Of a stretch of 64,000 nucleotides of DNA, positions 41,056-54,321 are shown piece by piece. How positions within the stretch are numbered: the first letter of the stretch is position 1; each line of letters starts with the position of its first letter. The stretch comes from Octopus sinensis (lineage: Eukaryota), in NCBI RefSeq assembly GCF_006345805.1, contig NC_042999.1, positions 99,510,001 through 99,574,000 of the forward strand, given 5' to 3'. The position numbers were made by a program, and so were the translations under genes. The notes beneath the pieces were generated by a model. That model ran no database searches and was not told the DNA's origin. It worked only from the letters and a program-made list of their open reading frames with translations.

Positions 41056-41390
41056 GGGGTCTGGATGTGTGTATGTATAGGGTTGGTGTATGTATTAGTA
41101 TGTATACGGGTGTGTGTGTGTGTGTGTGTATGAGAGAGTATTAGTGCGTAAGATTGGTCTGGACGTGCGTATGTATGGGGTTGGTGTATGTATTAGTATG
41201 TATTAGTATGTATTAGTACGTATTGGTATGTATAGGTGTGTGTGTGTGTGAGAGAGAGTATAAGTGCGTATGCGGGGTCTGGACGTGTGTATGTATAGGG
41301 TTGGTGTAAGTATTAGTATGTACTAGTATGTATTAGTACGTATTAGTATGTATTAGTTGGTGTGTGTATTAGTATGGCACATCATATGTG
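41056..41390 (+). repeat. Three-unit minisatellite (about 100-120 bp units) with nested GTATTAGTAT 10-mers
   Basis: ggtctgga(c/t)gtg..tatgtat.gggttggtgta recurs near 41058, 41156 and 41276. Confidence 0.8.
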
Positions 41391-41732
41391 ATGTGATGTG
41401 TAAAGTCATGTGGTGTAGTGAGGAGAAGAGGGGGGGGGAGAAGATGGGGGAGAGAAGGGGAGGGGAAGAAGAGGGGGAGGAGAAGGGGGAAGAGGAGACG
41501 ATGGGGGAGAAGGAAGGTGAGGAGGGGGATGAAGGAGGAAAGAGGGAGAGGGGAGAGAGAGAAGGGGAGAGAGGGAGTGAGGGAGCAGAGGGAAGGGGAA
41601 GAGGGAGGGAGAAAGAGGGAAGAAGGGAAGGGGAGTAGGGGTGAAAGGATGAAGGACTGAAGAAGTAGGGGTCGGGGGGAGAAAGGATAGGTGAGGAGGG
41701 GAGAGGGGGGTTAGATGAGGAGGGGGGGGGAG

Positions 41733-42400
41733 AGTTGAGACCAAATGGCGTATAAGAGCGAAGAGAGAAGATTAATTCCTGTTCACGGCGCAAACGGGAA
41801 TCCGGATGGCCTCTGTGTAAGGACAAACCGAACACAGATAGGTGTTGCAAGGAGTGACCGGTGGAGCGGAAATGGCGTGAGACCGGTGTGTCGTTCGCAT
41901 GGTGGATGTCACGAAGGTGTTCCGCGAACCGGTCAGCCAAGCGGCGTCCCGTTTGTCCGATGTACAAGGAATTGCAGAGAGAGCAAGAGATGCAATAGAT
42001 AATATTGCTGGAGGTGCAGGTGAAGGAGTGGATGATGGGATAGGGTCGATGGTGGGTGCTAGTGAGGCGGGTGGTGTTGGAGAGGTAAGGGCAAGTGCGG
42101 CAACGTGGGCGGGAGCAGGGGAACGAGCCGGGTTGGGAGGTAGGGTCAGGGAAGGAGCTATGGACCAAAAGGTCTCGAAGGTTGTGGCTCGTTTGAAAGA
42201 GGGGAGGGGTCGGTTAGGGAAGAGGTGTGAAGTGGACGGGTCGGACTGGAGACGACGGAAAGCTCGAAGAATGGTGCGTTGGAGACGTAGGGTCGTGGGG
42301 TGGTAAGTGAGGGGAAAAGGGAGGCGGGAGACTACAGGGCGGGTTCGGGGAGAGAGAGCAGATACACGGTCCACGGACCGTGCTCTGGCAAGGGCGGTGT
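41733..42400 (-). pseudogene. Penelope-like linker, Cys-rich knuckle and GIY-YIG endonuclease (one frameshift near 42180)
   Basis: RLPFPLTYHP, CSRPRCRTC, NIIYCISCSLCNSLYIGQTGRRLADRFAEH, PVSRHF, RREQELIFSL, PFGLN. Confidence 0.9.
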
Positions 42401-42429
42401 GGATATATATATATAATATATATATATAT

Positions 42430-42487
<58 letters not shown>

Positions 42488-42501
42488 ATAGTAGGGAACG
42501 A

Positions 42502-43650
42502 GTGTAATTGATAATTATTCCAAATTAATTAATTTCACCCTTCATTATTACGGATAACCATATTTTATCTCAGTAGATGACCACAGCATCTTGTTTTGGC
42601 TACACGCGGGTGGGAAGGGGCTGGTGACACAATCTTTTCACTCACACTTTGAATTTAGTGATACTAGTTGCGGATTCTAGCTCGCTCTGATACTGAGTTG
42701 AGTTGGTGCCTTCTAGTATCTCAAAATTCAATATATAATCATTTATGATTATAGTATTCTACGCTGAAGAGAAAAGAAGTTTTGGTAAGGTAGAATTATT
42801 TAATATTTAATTCTTATGCTTTCCTAAAAACTTGATTTCGAAACGTACGTCCGTAGATAACTTAGAATTGTATGATAGATTGCCGTCAATTCATTCTCTC
42901 TTACCTGTTTGTGTCTGCCTTCCAATTGCTGTTTTTACTGAGATCTCCCTTTTTAGTAGAAGAAATAGCTATAACTCTTTGACTGCTATTTCTAAATTCG
43001 GTATGTGGTAAGGCAATTCGTTGCTAAACCCTTTATTGCTTAGTATTACTTAAATTTTCCTCGAATGAGGCTTTTACATGCCGAAGACTACTTGGTGTAA
43101 TTGATAATTATTCCAAATTAATTAATTTCACCCTTCATTATTACGGATAACCATATTTTATCTCAGTAGATGACCACAGCATCTTGTTTTGGCTACACGC
43201 GGGTGGGAAGGGGCTGGTGACACAATCTTTTCACTCACACTTTGAATTTAGTGATACTAGTTGCGGATTCTAGCTCGCTCTGATACTGAGTTGAGTTGGT
43301 GCCTTCTAGTATCTCAAAATTCAATATATAATCATTTATGATTATAGTATTCTACGCTGAAGAGAAAAGAAGTTTTGATAAGGTAGAATTATTTAATATT
43401 TAATTCTTATGCTTTCCTAAAAACTTGATTTCGAAACGTACGTCCGTAGATAACTTAGAATTGTAAGATAGATTGCCGTCAATTCATTCTCTCTTACCTG
43501 TTTGTGTCTGCCTTCCAATTGCTGTTTTTACTGAGATCTCCCTTTTTAGTAGAAGAAATAGCTATAACTCTTTGACTGCTATTTCTAAACTCGGTATGTG
43601 GTAAGGCAATTCGTTGCTAAACACTTTATTGCTTAGTATTATTTAAAATT
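42502..43650 (+). repeat. Near-identical direct tandem duplication, period 593 bp
   Basis: Copy 1 starts at 42502 and copy 2 at 43095 (gtgtaattgataattattcc); I count four substitutions before the copies diverge near 43640-43650. Confidence 0.95.
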
Positions 43651-43807
43651 GTGTTTATATAATTTCTCGTACATTTGCTCTGTGTAACAAATCCAGTGAT
43701 ACTACTAAGGATAATAGTACATATTGGAAACAAACGAGATGACGATAATATGCGTATACCTCTAACTTCAGCCGAAGCAGTCATATCTGTAAAGGTAAAG
43801 CAAGGCA

Positions 43808-44017
43808 CCATGTTGATTCGCTAGCTTCTGCACGCATTTTTTTTCTCTCCTTGTTTCTCTCCGTGTTTCTTTTCTGTGTATCTTTCTGTTGAAGAGCGTA
43901 GGCTCGAAACGTAAAAGACTTGTTTTATTTATATTCCTGAGCGCCATACTAATACAATTGTTTGCTTGTATTCCACCTGCCTTCGTCTTTTGTTTATTTT
44001 CATAAAGCTTCCCGTTA
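43808..44017 (+). mobile_element. Second pLTR copy, inverted relative to 40736-40944
   Basis: Reverse complement of 40736-40944 with modest divergence and a small indel. Confidence 0.9.
43881..43918 (+). ncRNA. Minimal hammerhead-like motif with variant core CUGUUGA
   Basis: TCTTT-CTGTTGA-A-GAGC(gtag)GCTC-GAAAC-GTA-AAAGA: stems I and II pair fully; the core differs from CUGANGA at position 6. Confidence 0.55.
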
Positions 44018-44708
44018 TATATATATATATATATATATACACACGGCCTTGACAAGTCGATTTATAACTTTTCCACTTAACCATTTTTTACCTCTTCTAA
44101 ACATACATCAGTTTCCTATTGTTCTGCATAATTATAAGTCCTGTAAATATAAGTTAGTTGGTGAAAGGTGATGAATATAATACAACTTTCACTAGCTCAC
44201 ATTAGAATAACAAATGTCATTGTATCGTTCTCCGCTGCTGCCTAAGTGACAGGCATCATTCTGTCTTCCTCCTTCTTCTCTATCACCCTCTTGGGCTTAC
44301 TACCAACGTAAACACAGTAAAACAACAAAAAGATAAAATACAGTGACCTCCCTTTTGTTTTGATCACCTTTTAGAGGATTTGGAATGAACCAAGGATATT
44401 GACGACTTCGTTCATCAACACTGGATTTTCAACCAATAAGGTCTGAGAAACCCAGAACATTTTTGTAACAGCTCTGTACTATATTTTGTGACGGCTTGGT
44501 GCCTTGGACCCAAATATATTATATCAGCTTTGTGCTGTATTTGATGTGTGTTTTGCTATATACATCATTGAATCATACGGGCTTATTTTACTTGTTGATT
44601 CCTTTGTCTAACCCGTAAAATATATTATATATGGGTATGTGTGTATGTGAGTATGTGTGTCTGTGTGTGCGCGTGTATGTAAATATGTATATACACCCCT
44701 ATAACCAG

Positions 44709-44756
44709 ATGTCCGCGCTCAGACACCAATAGATATTGGTGTCTGAGCACGGACAT
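44709..44756. other. 48-bp near-perfect palindrome (23-bp arms, 2-nt loop, one mismatch)
   Basis: ATGTCCGCGCTCAGACACCAATA-GA-TATTGGTGTCTGAGCACGGACAT. Confidence 0.95.
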
Positions 44757-45414
44757 TGCTGACTATAAAATGCGGTGTAGGTCACTAGCTATTCAAACTA
44801 TTCCTATTTGTACTCATTGCTACAAATTATTTCAGTAGGAGTTAACAAATAGAAGCCCGTACAGAATTCTATGTCCAATAAAGCGCGAGCTACAGTCTTA
44901 GTTTTTTCTATCCTATTATCCTAAAATAAAACTGACGTCAATAAAATTCGCAGACTTCAGCGGAGGTGCTGAAATCCACATGATGACCAAAAAATATTCT
45001 CTGCATAATGGACCACCAGATACAAAAATGTCAGACTGGCATCATTTAAAAATTTTATATTGTTCTTTTAAGATTTGAAATTTAAGACTGTGTTTTGAAG
45101 ATTGTGAATATATGACAGAGCTTTAAATATCGAAATTTCAGGATGGTCAATTTAAGAATGGAATTTTAAGTTGAGAATTTAATATTAAGATATTAAATTT
45201 GGTTTCTAGATCTGGATTTTAATAACGGAATTGTTGGATTGGGATTATAAAAACGGGATTTTAAGCTGGAGATTTGAGATTTGAATTTTAATATTGCCAA
45301 TATAACGTTCGGATTTCAGAATCGGTATTTTAAGCATAAGATCTTAAAATAATGAGTCGTACGATGGTGGAATACATGGCCGGTCCATATGTATGTATAT
45401 ATATATATATACGC

Positions 45415-45689
45415 AATTGGCTGAGCATTCCACAGACGCACACACACGTATACCCTTAATATAGTTTTCAGAGTGTGACAAGGCTGACCCTTTGAAATGC
45501 AGGTACAACAGAAACAGGAAGAAAGCGTGAAAGTTATGATGAAAGAGTTCGCCACCACCCCCTGCCGGATCCTCGTGAAGTTTTACCTGTTTTCGCTAAA
45601 TAGACATTCATATCGCCTGGTCTGGGAAGCGAAACCGCGATCTTATGACCGTCAGTCCGTTGCCATAACCACTTGGCCATTGCGCCTCC
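45415..45689 (-). mobile_element. tRNA-derived SINE, family C-related
   Basis: Minus-strand head GGAGGCGCAATGGCCAAGTGGTT (A box); 3' part shared with 19405-19680. Confidence 0.75.
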
Positions 45690-46019
45690 ACACACACATA
45701 CACACACACACACACATATATATATATATTTATACACACACACACATGTATATATTTAGTGTATGTGTGTGTGCATGTTTCTGTAAGTGCGTGTGGGCAT
45801 ATAAATGTACATATGTGTGCGCGTGTGTGCGTACACATACATACACGCTCACACATATATACACATGCACGCACACCCACACACATATACACACACACAG
45901 AAACACACATATATATCAAATTAAATACGAAAAACGTTTATCAAAATATATCCCATCATATTGTATTGCTTCTTGCCATCGTTATACCAGAAACTCAAAT
46001 ATACGCTTATACCATTCAA

Positions 46020-46640
46020 ACCGCCCTATTTGACAAGATCAGAAGCCTGGCCAAAATGAACCCACTCTTGTTATCTCCAATTACAATCCCACGACAAAAA
46101 CGGACATCTCGTGTATATTTACAAGCAGTTGTTTGCAAATGCTCAAGTGTTGATAAGCTTGGACGTTGGTCAGTTCATGAGGAACTTCTCGACAGCGTCT
46201 ACTCTCAGGGCCGAGCTTATAACAGTGTCAATTGACGGTGCTTTGTGAAAGACCAAGGTCGGCCAACGATATTCGAGTGCTTGGCTGTTGTTCAAACATT
46301 TGAAGCAAGGCTTTATCTTCCGTAACAGAAAATCTCCCTGACTTTTGGTTTGTCTTCTAGTTTGATGTCATGTTTCCTTGAAATACCTGTGCAAGTTTTG
46401 TGTCACATGTTCGTTGAATGTTCCTGAGCCTTCCACATCAATGATTTCTTTTGCCGCTGCCCTTTTTTCCACAGGTGTCGTAAAACAGCCCGAATTCGCC
46501 ACTCATTATGAAAGCTTAAAAATAAAGAATAAAGAATTCAGCAATGACTGTACAAATAGTTGTATCAAATAATTAATGATATAACATGAAGATAATTGCT
46601 AAAAACCATCAGTGGTTTTTATTCAAACTTTTTATTCAAA

Positions 46641-46644
<4 letters not shown>
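46020..46644 (-). mobile_element. Mariner 5' fragment of another lineage
   Basis: IRAVLRH, AAAKEIIDVEGSG, LEDKPKSGR, EVPHELT, ICKQLL, IVIGD; the terminus tcagtttgaataaaaag abuts a TA array. Confidence 0.7.
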
Positions 46645-46680
<36 letters not shown>

Positions 46681-47139
46681 AAAAAAAAGATTAACTATTG
46701 TTAAAGCAAATCCTCAAAACGAAAGCATACTATAGAGATCAAAGGAAAAATATGAATTTCTTTGGTTTACTAATTGATGCAATTAGATGCAGTTACTATC
46801 AAATTATTTTACATCAAATGTATGGATTTCCCGACAAGATTGTTACAGGATATGAGCCAGTTCTATAAATAGTATATGAAATATGAATCGCCACAAAATA
46901 CACTTTGGGATTATTTTCTACCGAAACCATGACATAAAACTAATGTGAAGTGTACTGTGCTTGACAGGAGCACATGATAGGAACACATCATAATTGTTTT
47001 TGTCAATGACATGTTTGACAGTGGTTTTATAATAAATTGTTGTTAAATATAATTACTAGAATGAATACAAGTTATCAGGGCAGGATTTAATATTTATATC
47101 TATAAGAATATTGTCTCAGTAGATTTATCATCCTTTACC

Positions 47140-47515
47140 TCATACATACATATATACATACATACCTACCTACATGCACACATACATGCATACATACATA
47201 CATACATACATACATACATACATACATACATACATACATACATACATGTATATGTATGAATGCATGCATGCATGCATGTATGTATGTATATATGTTTGTG
47301 TGTGTAGATACATTTAAAGAGCGGGAAAATCTATTACACTTTGATGGGCACACAGGGAGGAAACACAAGGAGATATATTGACGGACAGGTAGATAGATAA
47401 GTTGATAGATGGAGAGATAGATAGACAAAGATAAACAGATAGATAGATAGAGAGACAGATAGACAAACAGACAGACAGACAAACAGACAGACAAACAGGT
47501 AGCTAGATAAATAGG

Positions 47516-47597
<82 letters not shown>
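47140..47597 (+). repeat. Compound microsatellite block (TACA)n, (GACA)n, (GATA)n
   Basis: Directly visible arrays. Confidence 0.95.
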
Positions 47598-48814
47598 TTT
47601 ATATTTCAATTATTTCCTTTCTTCGTCGCCGCATCGATACTCAATATATACTCTGCTGGTTGTTACTATTTGATCTAAACTATCTGGTAATTTATTTTCG
47701 GATCTGTTACGAAGTAGGATGAAAGCGTCATTGAGGCTGTAATATTCGTGCTTTCACACAGTTAATTGGCTTCGTAACAGTATTCAACTAACTATAACGA
47801 GCCAACAGGGAATTTTAAGCAGTCAATCAATCTGTTTGAAATAGCAGCCAAGTCATACTCAAATCGCAATTTTATCGTTTTAACAATAAGAAAGCATTAA
47901 CAATATAATCGAGAAAACAAAATATGGACTGCTTTTCATTAGGGCTGATCTGGGATTAAAATCCAACAACTATCCAACATCTGACCGTGTGGATAGATGA
48001 AACTACATTTTTTTGCCTTAATGGAGTTAATGTACCTGATAATGATTAGTTCTTTTCAAGTTTAATCGTAATTGTAATATTTATAAAAGCTTACTCCCCG
48101 AGAAACCACTATAGTAATGAGGAATGTTTGACGTTCGTCATAAAGTGTTTCTAGTATAATTAATTATTATAAACAGAGGAATATTCACAAGATATTCTTC
48201 TGTAAGCTTCAATAAACTAGGAATCTTTCGCTGGGCTCGAAGATGAAGTTATTCCACCAAATTCCACCAAAGCTAAGTGGCTGAGTGTTTTACAGATAGG
48301 TGTGCCTTAACGTAATTCTCTGGCCAAAACATCATGGCAGTGTTACAGAGGGGAATTATTGTATTTTAGATACAATCCAAGCACTGAACTGGGTCATTTT
48401 TCACCACCCTAGAATATTTATGAAACCGAAGTCGAACTAAACGGAAGTTGAACTCAGTTTGCAGAAGTCCAGAACAGAAAAAAAAAATTAATCAAGCGAT
48501 TCTGCGAATTCATTACTTTACGTTCTGTCGAATGAATTATAAGATCAAGCCTGTTTCCAAAAGATATTTGCCTTCCACTAATTACAGTGAGGCTAGTTAA
48601 CTAATATCAAAGATCACATGATGAGATAAATGCCATGTAGTAAAAGCTAATAATGAATCTACAAAAGCTGAGGGAATAACAGAGTGAGTCATCAGCTTTG
48701 AACGAATACAAACGCATGCATATATTTTTATGTGTGCCCTAATGCACGTATGTACAGATGCATACACGCACACATATATATGTATTTACATATTTCTGTG
48801 CATATATAAATATT

Positions 48815-48853
<39 letters not shown>

Positions 48854-48875
48854 AGAGAGGAGAGAGAGAGAAAAG

Positions 48876-48908
<33 letters not shown>

Positions 48909-49171
48909 AGGGAGTGAGGAGTGTGTGTGAGAGAGAGAGAGAGAGAAAAGGAGAGGGAGTGAGGAGTGTGTGTGAGAGAGAGAGAGAGAGAGAAAGGGAG
49001 AGAAGTGAACTAAGATGTATAAAGACAGGTTAATTCATTCTAACACGACTCTGTATGCAAGAAGGTCAAAGGCATTTGCTCAGAGATTTCACGTCAGCGG
49101 AAAAGATTTGTCTCTGGAAAGCTGCCAACAATATGTTTTCTGGTGTGTATACAAAACCCTGGAGGATCAAA

Positions 49172-49217
<46 letters not shown>

Positions 49218-52065
49218 TATATATTTTTTTTTTTTTTTTAACACGCTTTAATCCAAGACAAAAATCCGCTGCGAATACCGTTCGCATTCTGGTGTACATG
49301 GACATGTTACAAAAATTGTACATATTTTGAATTCAGTTACCGCTCCTTCGTGTGCATGTGTGTGTGTGTGTGTACACTGAATTAACTCCAGCTTTGAAAG
49401 CTTCATCAAACTCATTGTTTGTTGTTTACTATATATTGGAACAAAACTTCCAGCTCAGCTCCAAGTGGCCATGGTGATATCTGCTACGGAAAAGAAGAAA
49501 TCCTGCCGAAACACTATGACTTGTAGTTCGCTCATGTCACTCAGAGATTGGTTTGATGCGTTTTTATACACAAAATCTAGCGAAAGAATTTTTACTCTGA
49601 AACAAAATCAAGCAGCGAATGCCTCTTACATTCTAATGTACATCAATACGTTAAAATATATTTACTTATCTTTATTTCCATCCTTGTAACTTTGTGCGTT
49701 TTCAGTAAATTAAGGAAAAAAATCTAAAGTTGCCGTAGCATGTATTTGGACTGTAAAATGGAGAGGCTATATTAAAGGGTTTCTTTGATCTAGAGCAGAT
49801 TAATGCTGACTTATTGAAATTAACTTGATGTCGAAAATAGGTTAACAAACAGCGGAATTAACATGCCAATAAGGAAAAGAACAGTCTGTTTCGGAGTGGG
49901 GCACAGGAATATCTGTCAATACAGGTTTCCTCTCCAAAAGTTTTACACACACACACACATAATTCGAAATTATTCTTTTTCTGTCATTCAACATCAGATT
50001 ATTTATATTCTAGAGCATAAAGTGCGAGACGAATTAAAATTCTTAACAACGTTTTCACTTACGCCTGTCCTCTAAAGGAATCACAACTGGTACCTCTATG
50101 GATACTCAACCAAACACAAAATGCAGCTAGATCTTCCTTGTATCATACCCTATTATTTCAAAGAAGTGATAACATGGATAAACGATGTATTTCTAGATAA
50201 ATAAGATAGGATTGCCATGACTGGAATGTCGGTGATTACAGATTTGCTCGATTAGGGATTACTTGGCACTAAAGCGCACCAGCAGCAGTATCTTCAACAA
50301 TGACAACGACGGCTACGAAAGCGGTGCAGGCGATGACTACGACAACTTCACCGTTAGACATTTATCAGTTTCATTTGATCTTTCTCTATAAATACATTAC
50401 TTGCGAGTTAACTAAATTTCTGATAGGCTGACTGGCGCAGGTAGCTAATTTCTCATACGTCTCTAGATGAGTTGACTGGGAAATACAGCTGAGTATCAGC
50501 AGAGATATGATTGAATAAATTATGTTTGCTCAAAAGTAAATAAATAAAACCACAAACAAATAAATGAAAATGAATGTTGCGCAATTTAAGTTTTATGTCG
50601 TGCCGACATAATGTTTATGTCTACTACCATGAATCGTTTTGCTGAAAAACAACTTCACTATGCGTGGTCATGTTAACCTTATCACAATTATCATTAATGC
50701 ATTTATGTGTTAAAAAGTAAGCACACAGTGCCATAAACTTCTAGTCGTATGTAGGCAGCGAATTGGCAGAGGCGTTAGGGGTGGCTGGGAAAATACTTTA
50801 CAATGTATTTACCAGCAGTTTCTGCTCTGAGATTTTGCCTTTTTTTAAATTTATTTTTCTTAATAAAGTAACAGTGTCAACCAGTTTATTGTTCTAAGCT
50901 TCAGTATGTCGACTGGATAACTTATAGTATTTCTAATTCAGTTCTTTATGTTCTGAGTTCAAATCCTGCAAAGCCTACTTGTGTGGTACAATTAATCCGT
51001 CACCTGGTTTATCACAACAACCTAGGCATACGGTGTGTTATCCGAATTAAGGTAAGTCATGTTTGAGGATATCTTTTTCACTTTCTTTCTACTGCCTCAG
51101 ACATCATGTAAATAATAATGGCACTACATTCTCCTCTTGACTAAGATATGCAAAAATAAAAATATGGCCCGATACTTCTAATCTACATTTGGCTATACAA
51201 ACCAGTAGCGTCTATGTCAGTGATTCCCGACATTTCTGTGGCCTCAACATTCTATCGTCTGTAATATGTGTGATCCACTTATTAATATTTGCGTTACTTG
51301 TGATATTTAAATTTAAGCCCCTGCTATCCTTTAAAACGCTCAATGACAGCCAATTGGAAACCTCTAACCTAGCTTGCGGCACGGTTAAGATAATTCGTTG
51401 TTTTTAAAGAAAAGGCTAAATTCGATAACGTGGTTTTAAATTATATTTGCAATAATCGCTAGATTACGTGAGTACATGAATGTCCATACAAAATATAATC
51501 TTAAAAGTGTGACGAAGAAAAACACATGCACGTATTTTCATTCAATTTACGTGTGCTTATATTGATTTTATAGAAATGAAAGCATGACAAAAAAATACAA
51601 AGAAAAGTGGAGAATTACTATGAAAATTTTTCTGTCATGTGTTACAATTGAACAAGTACTACCAGATATTAAAACTGAATTGAACACGATCTAACAAAGG
51701 AGTCCTTATATGGTCACTAGCCTTCGAACGGGAGCCGTGAGCTGCCATTTCAGATGCACGCTAACTCCTTAAATGCATCGTTCAACAGCCATCTGAACAA
51801 TTTATCATTACTAATTTAGAATATTCTTTGAGACATAATAGCTTCCAAGAAATACAATTCGGGATTTCTAATTGTTGCCGCTGATATTTTAATACCAACA
51901 TTAACATCACAATGTAATTCGCCTTCATCAATAGCAACCCAATCACCAGTAGCCATCTTGAATCCCTTCTATCTCTCCATCCGGTCACATGCGTCTCATG
52001 AGCTAGGTTCGGGTGAGAAGTATATGAAACTTAAATTTGCGTGGAGGCGAATCGAACTATTATTA

Positions 52066-52117
<52 letters not shown>

Positions 52118-52189
52118 GAGTTATCATGTACATTGTTTTGTCTTGGTATAAAAGATGGGCTACAGCAAATATTCTGCTCAATACCACAG

Positions 52190-52632
52190 CTTTGGTTGTC
52201 AGTTGTTTGACCTTAACCAGTTGAGCATGTCCCTTAGTGGCTGACGATATGTGCATCTCTGATCACGAGCAAAAGTAGTGGGTGAGCATCATAGCCATGT
52301 GTTGAGAGGGATTCTTTGGGATTTAAATAATTCATCTCTGGAAACATGGATGTTTCGTTCAACATCCTTAAACAATCCTTATTCAGGGACCTTTTGAGCA
52401 GGATGGGCTACTCAATCAAAAGAAAATTCTAACTGGGCCCCACCTACAAAGTCATGTGTTGTTTGTCTTGATATGAGCTCACCATGTCGCGCACATATGG
52501 TTGTGACGCATGTGCTTGGTGTACCCTTATCAGACGGGTAGTCATGATGGGTATACCGGGCTTCGTATATTTTACCCCGGTATCACTTTGATGACATGCA
52601 CCGCTCTCTCATTCAATAAGAATAATAATAAA
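52190..52632 (+). mobile_element. Unclassified interspersed retroposon-like repeat ending in an AAT tail
   Basis: GC-richer block with sharp boundaries ending in ctctctcattcaataagaataataat; resembles a common octopus repeat from memory; no second copy in the window. Confidence 0.4.
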
Positions 52633-52639
52633 TCATATT

Positions 52640-53215
52640 CTATTGTCAAGGAAGCGTGCAAATTTGCAAGGAAGCTCGGAAATAACCCCAAAATAGATTA
52701 AGAACTTGAAGCCACTGCCACCAAACAAGCAAAACTGATCAAACAGACTGCAAAAAAGAGCAGGCAGAAACAAATTGAGTAGCGGTGCGGCCAGAGACCT
52801 CTGCTTAGACGGTATATACTTAGAATCCGAAATACTGAATCAGACCAAGCAACAACCCATCAGTGGCTGAGAAGCTCAGAGAAATGTTCTTTCATATACA
52901 GAGAAATGGTTGAAAAAATCACTAAGTACACCGAACTGAAAGTGGAAATGGCAAGACTGTATGGAATGCGAGAGAGTAATGTAAAAGTGATACCAGTGGT
53001 GATCAGAACGTTGGGTTCAATCCCATTGAAACTTCAAGACTTCTCAAGGCAAGATTGATGTCTTGCAAAAAACAGCCTTATTGGTCATAGCGTACATCTT
53101 AAGGAGAGTATTATCTGTATGAGGCCTTTTTGTGATTTGACAGATGACTAAAGACTCCGGTGCATTTTTACCTACATTGTGTTACGAAGGAATACTACTA
53201 CTACTACTACTACTA
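52640..53215 (+). mobile_element. R4/Dong-like LINE 3' fragment with internal deletion
   Basis: THQWLRSS, EKITKYTELKVEMARL, VIPVVIRTLGSIP, LQKTALL-ILRRVLSV; (TAC)n/(TAT)n tail. Confidence 0.8.
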
Positions 53216-53249
53216 CTACTAATTATTATTATTATTATTATTATCATTT

Positions 53250-53447
53250 TTGGCAAAGGCCAGCATGTCTGGGGAGAGATTTAACTGATTAATTCGATCC
53301 CAGTGTTCAACTGGTACTTATTTTACCGACCCCGAAAGGATGGAAGGAAAAGGCAACTTCCGACGGAATTGAACTCAGAACGTAAGGACAGACGAAATGC
53401 CACCTAGCATTTCGGTTGATGTGCTAACGATTCCGCTAGCTCACCGA
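53250..53447 (-). mobile_element. SINE family A, older copy
   Basis: ctggtacttattttaccgaccccgaaaggatgg and gaactcagaacgtaagg align with 4017-4241. Confidence 0.8.
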
Positions 53448-53515
53448 CTTAGTCATAATAGTATATAGATACATGTATACATTACTATATTCACACACAC
53501 ACAAACACACCACAC

Positions 53516-53564
<49 letters not shown>

Positions 53565-54183
53565 ATGGATGTATATATATATGTGTGTGTTTGTGTATGT
53601 GTGTGTGTGTGTGTGTGTGGGTGGGTGGGTGTTACTTTAAAACGGGAATTATAACTGAGAACTGCGAAAAAGAAATTGTACAAAATTTAATAAACTTGAG
53701 ATCTCAGTTAAGATATGAGTTCGATGTTTACAGCGGTTCTAGGTTAAATACTATTATTAGTGAATGTATTTTATCAATTAATAATTATTCCATTTGCCAC
53801 TTCATTAAATTATGTATGGTATACATTGAGTTGCATAGTATACTTTTACTAATTAAACAATTACATATTATCAATTGAAATTTAATTTGTGTCAAATTAA
53901 ATTAATATTCTCCATAAATTCATAAAGGCTGTCTATCGATACTAGCCGAGAAATACTTGCATTGTGTGTCAGAAATATAAATACATATTGTGTAGTACCA
54001 TATTAATTACGCATTTATTACATTTTACAATATCTTATGTTAATTCGATAATACGAAAAAGAAGTCCATACAATTTTGGGAAATATAAAGTACGTATATG
54101 CAATTTCTACAGTAGTGCATACATAGATTTTATACTTTCATATACATACAAAAATACCTGTCTGTCTGTCTATCAATCTCTGC

Positions 54184-54258
<75 letters not shown>

Positions 54259-54281
54259 ATAATATATATATATATATACAC

Positions 54282-54321
<40 letters not shown>

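Larger units (their letters stand above)
40736..42405 (-). mobile_element. Penelope-like element (Neptune-type architecture), 5'-truncated, with 3' pLTR at 40736-40944
   Basis: GIY-YIG ORF fragment, then a polypyrimidine tract, a minisatellite and a pLTR carrying a hammerhead-like motif at 40836-40873 (-). Confidence 0.85.

Noticed and set aside
41357-42507. Plus-strand Gly/Glu/Arg-rich ORFs
   Set aside because: They are antisense to the Penelope GIY-YIG ORF and its low-complexity tract.
42760-42990. Minus-strand donor (GTAAGA) and acceptor (ttcttttctcttcAG) pair inside the duplicated block
   Set aside because: The spliced frame stops within a few codons and there is no recognisable product.
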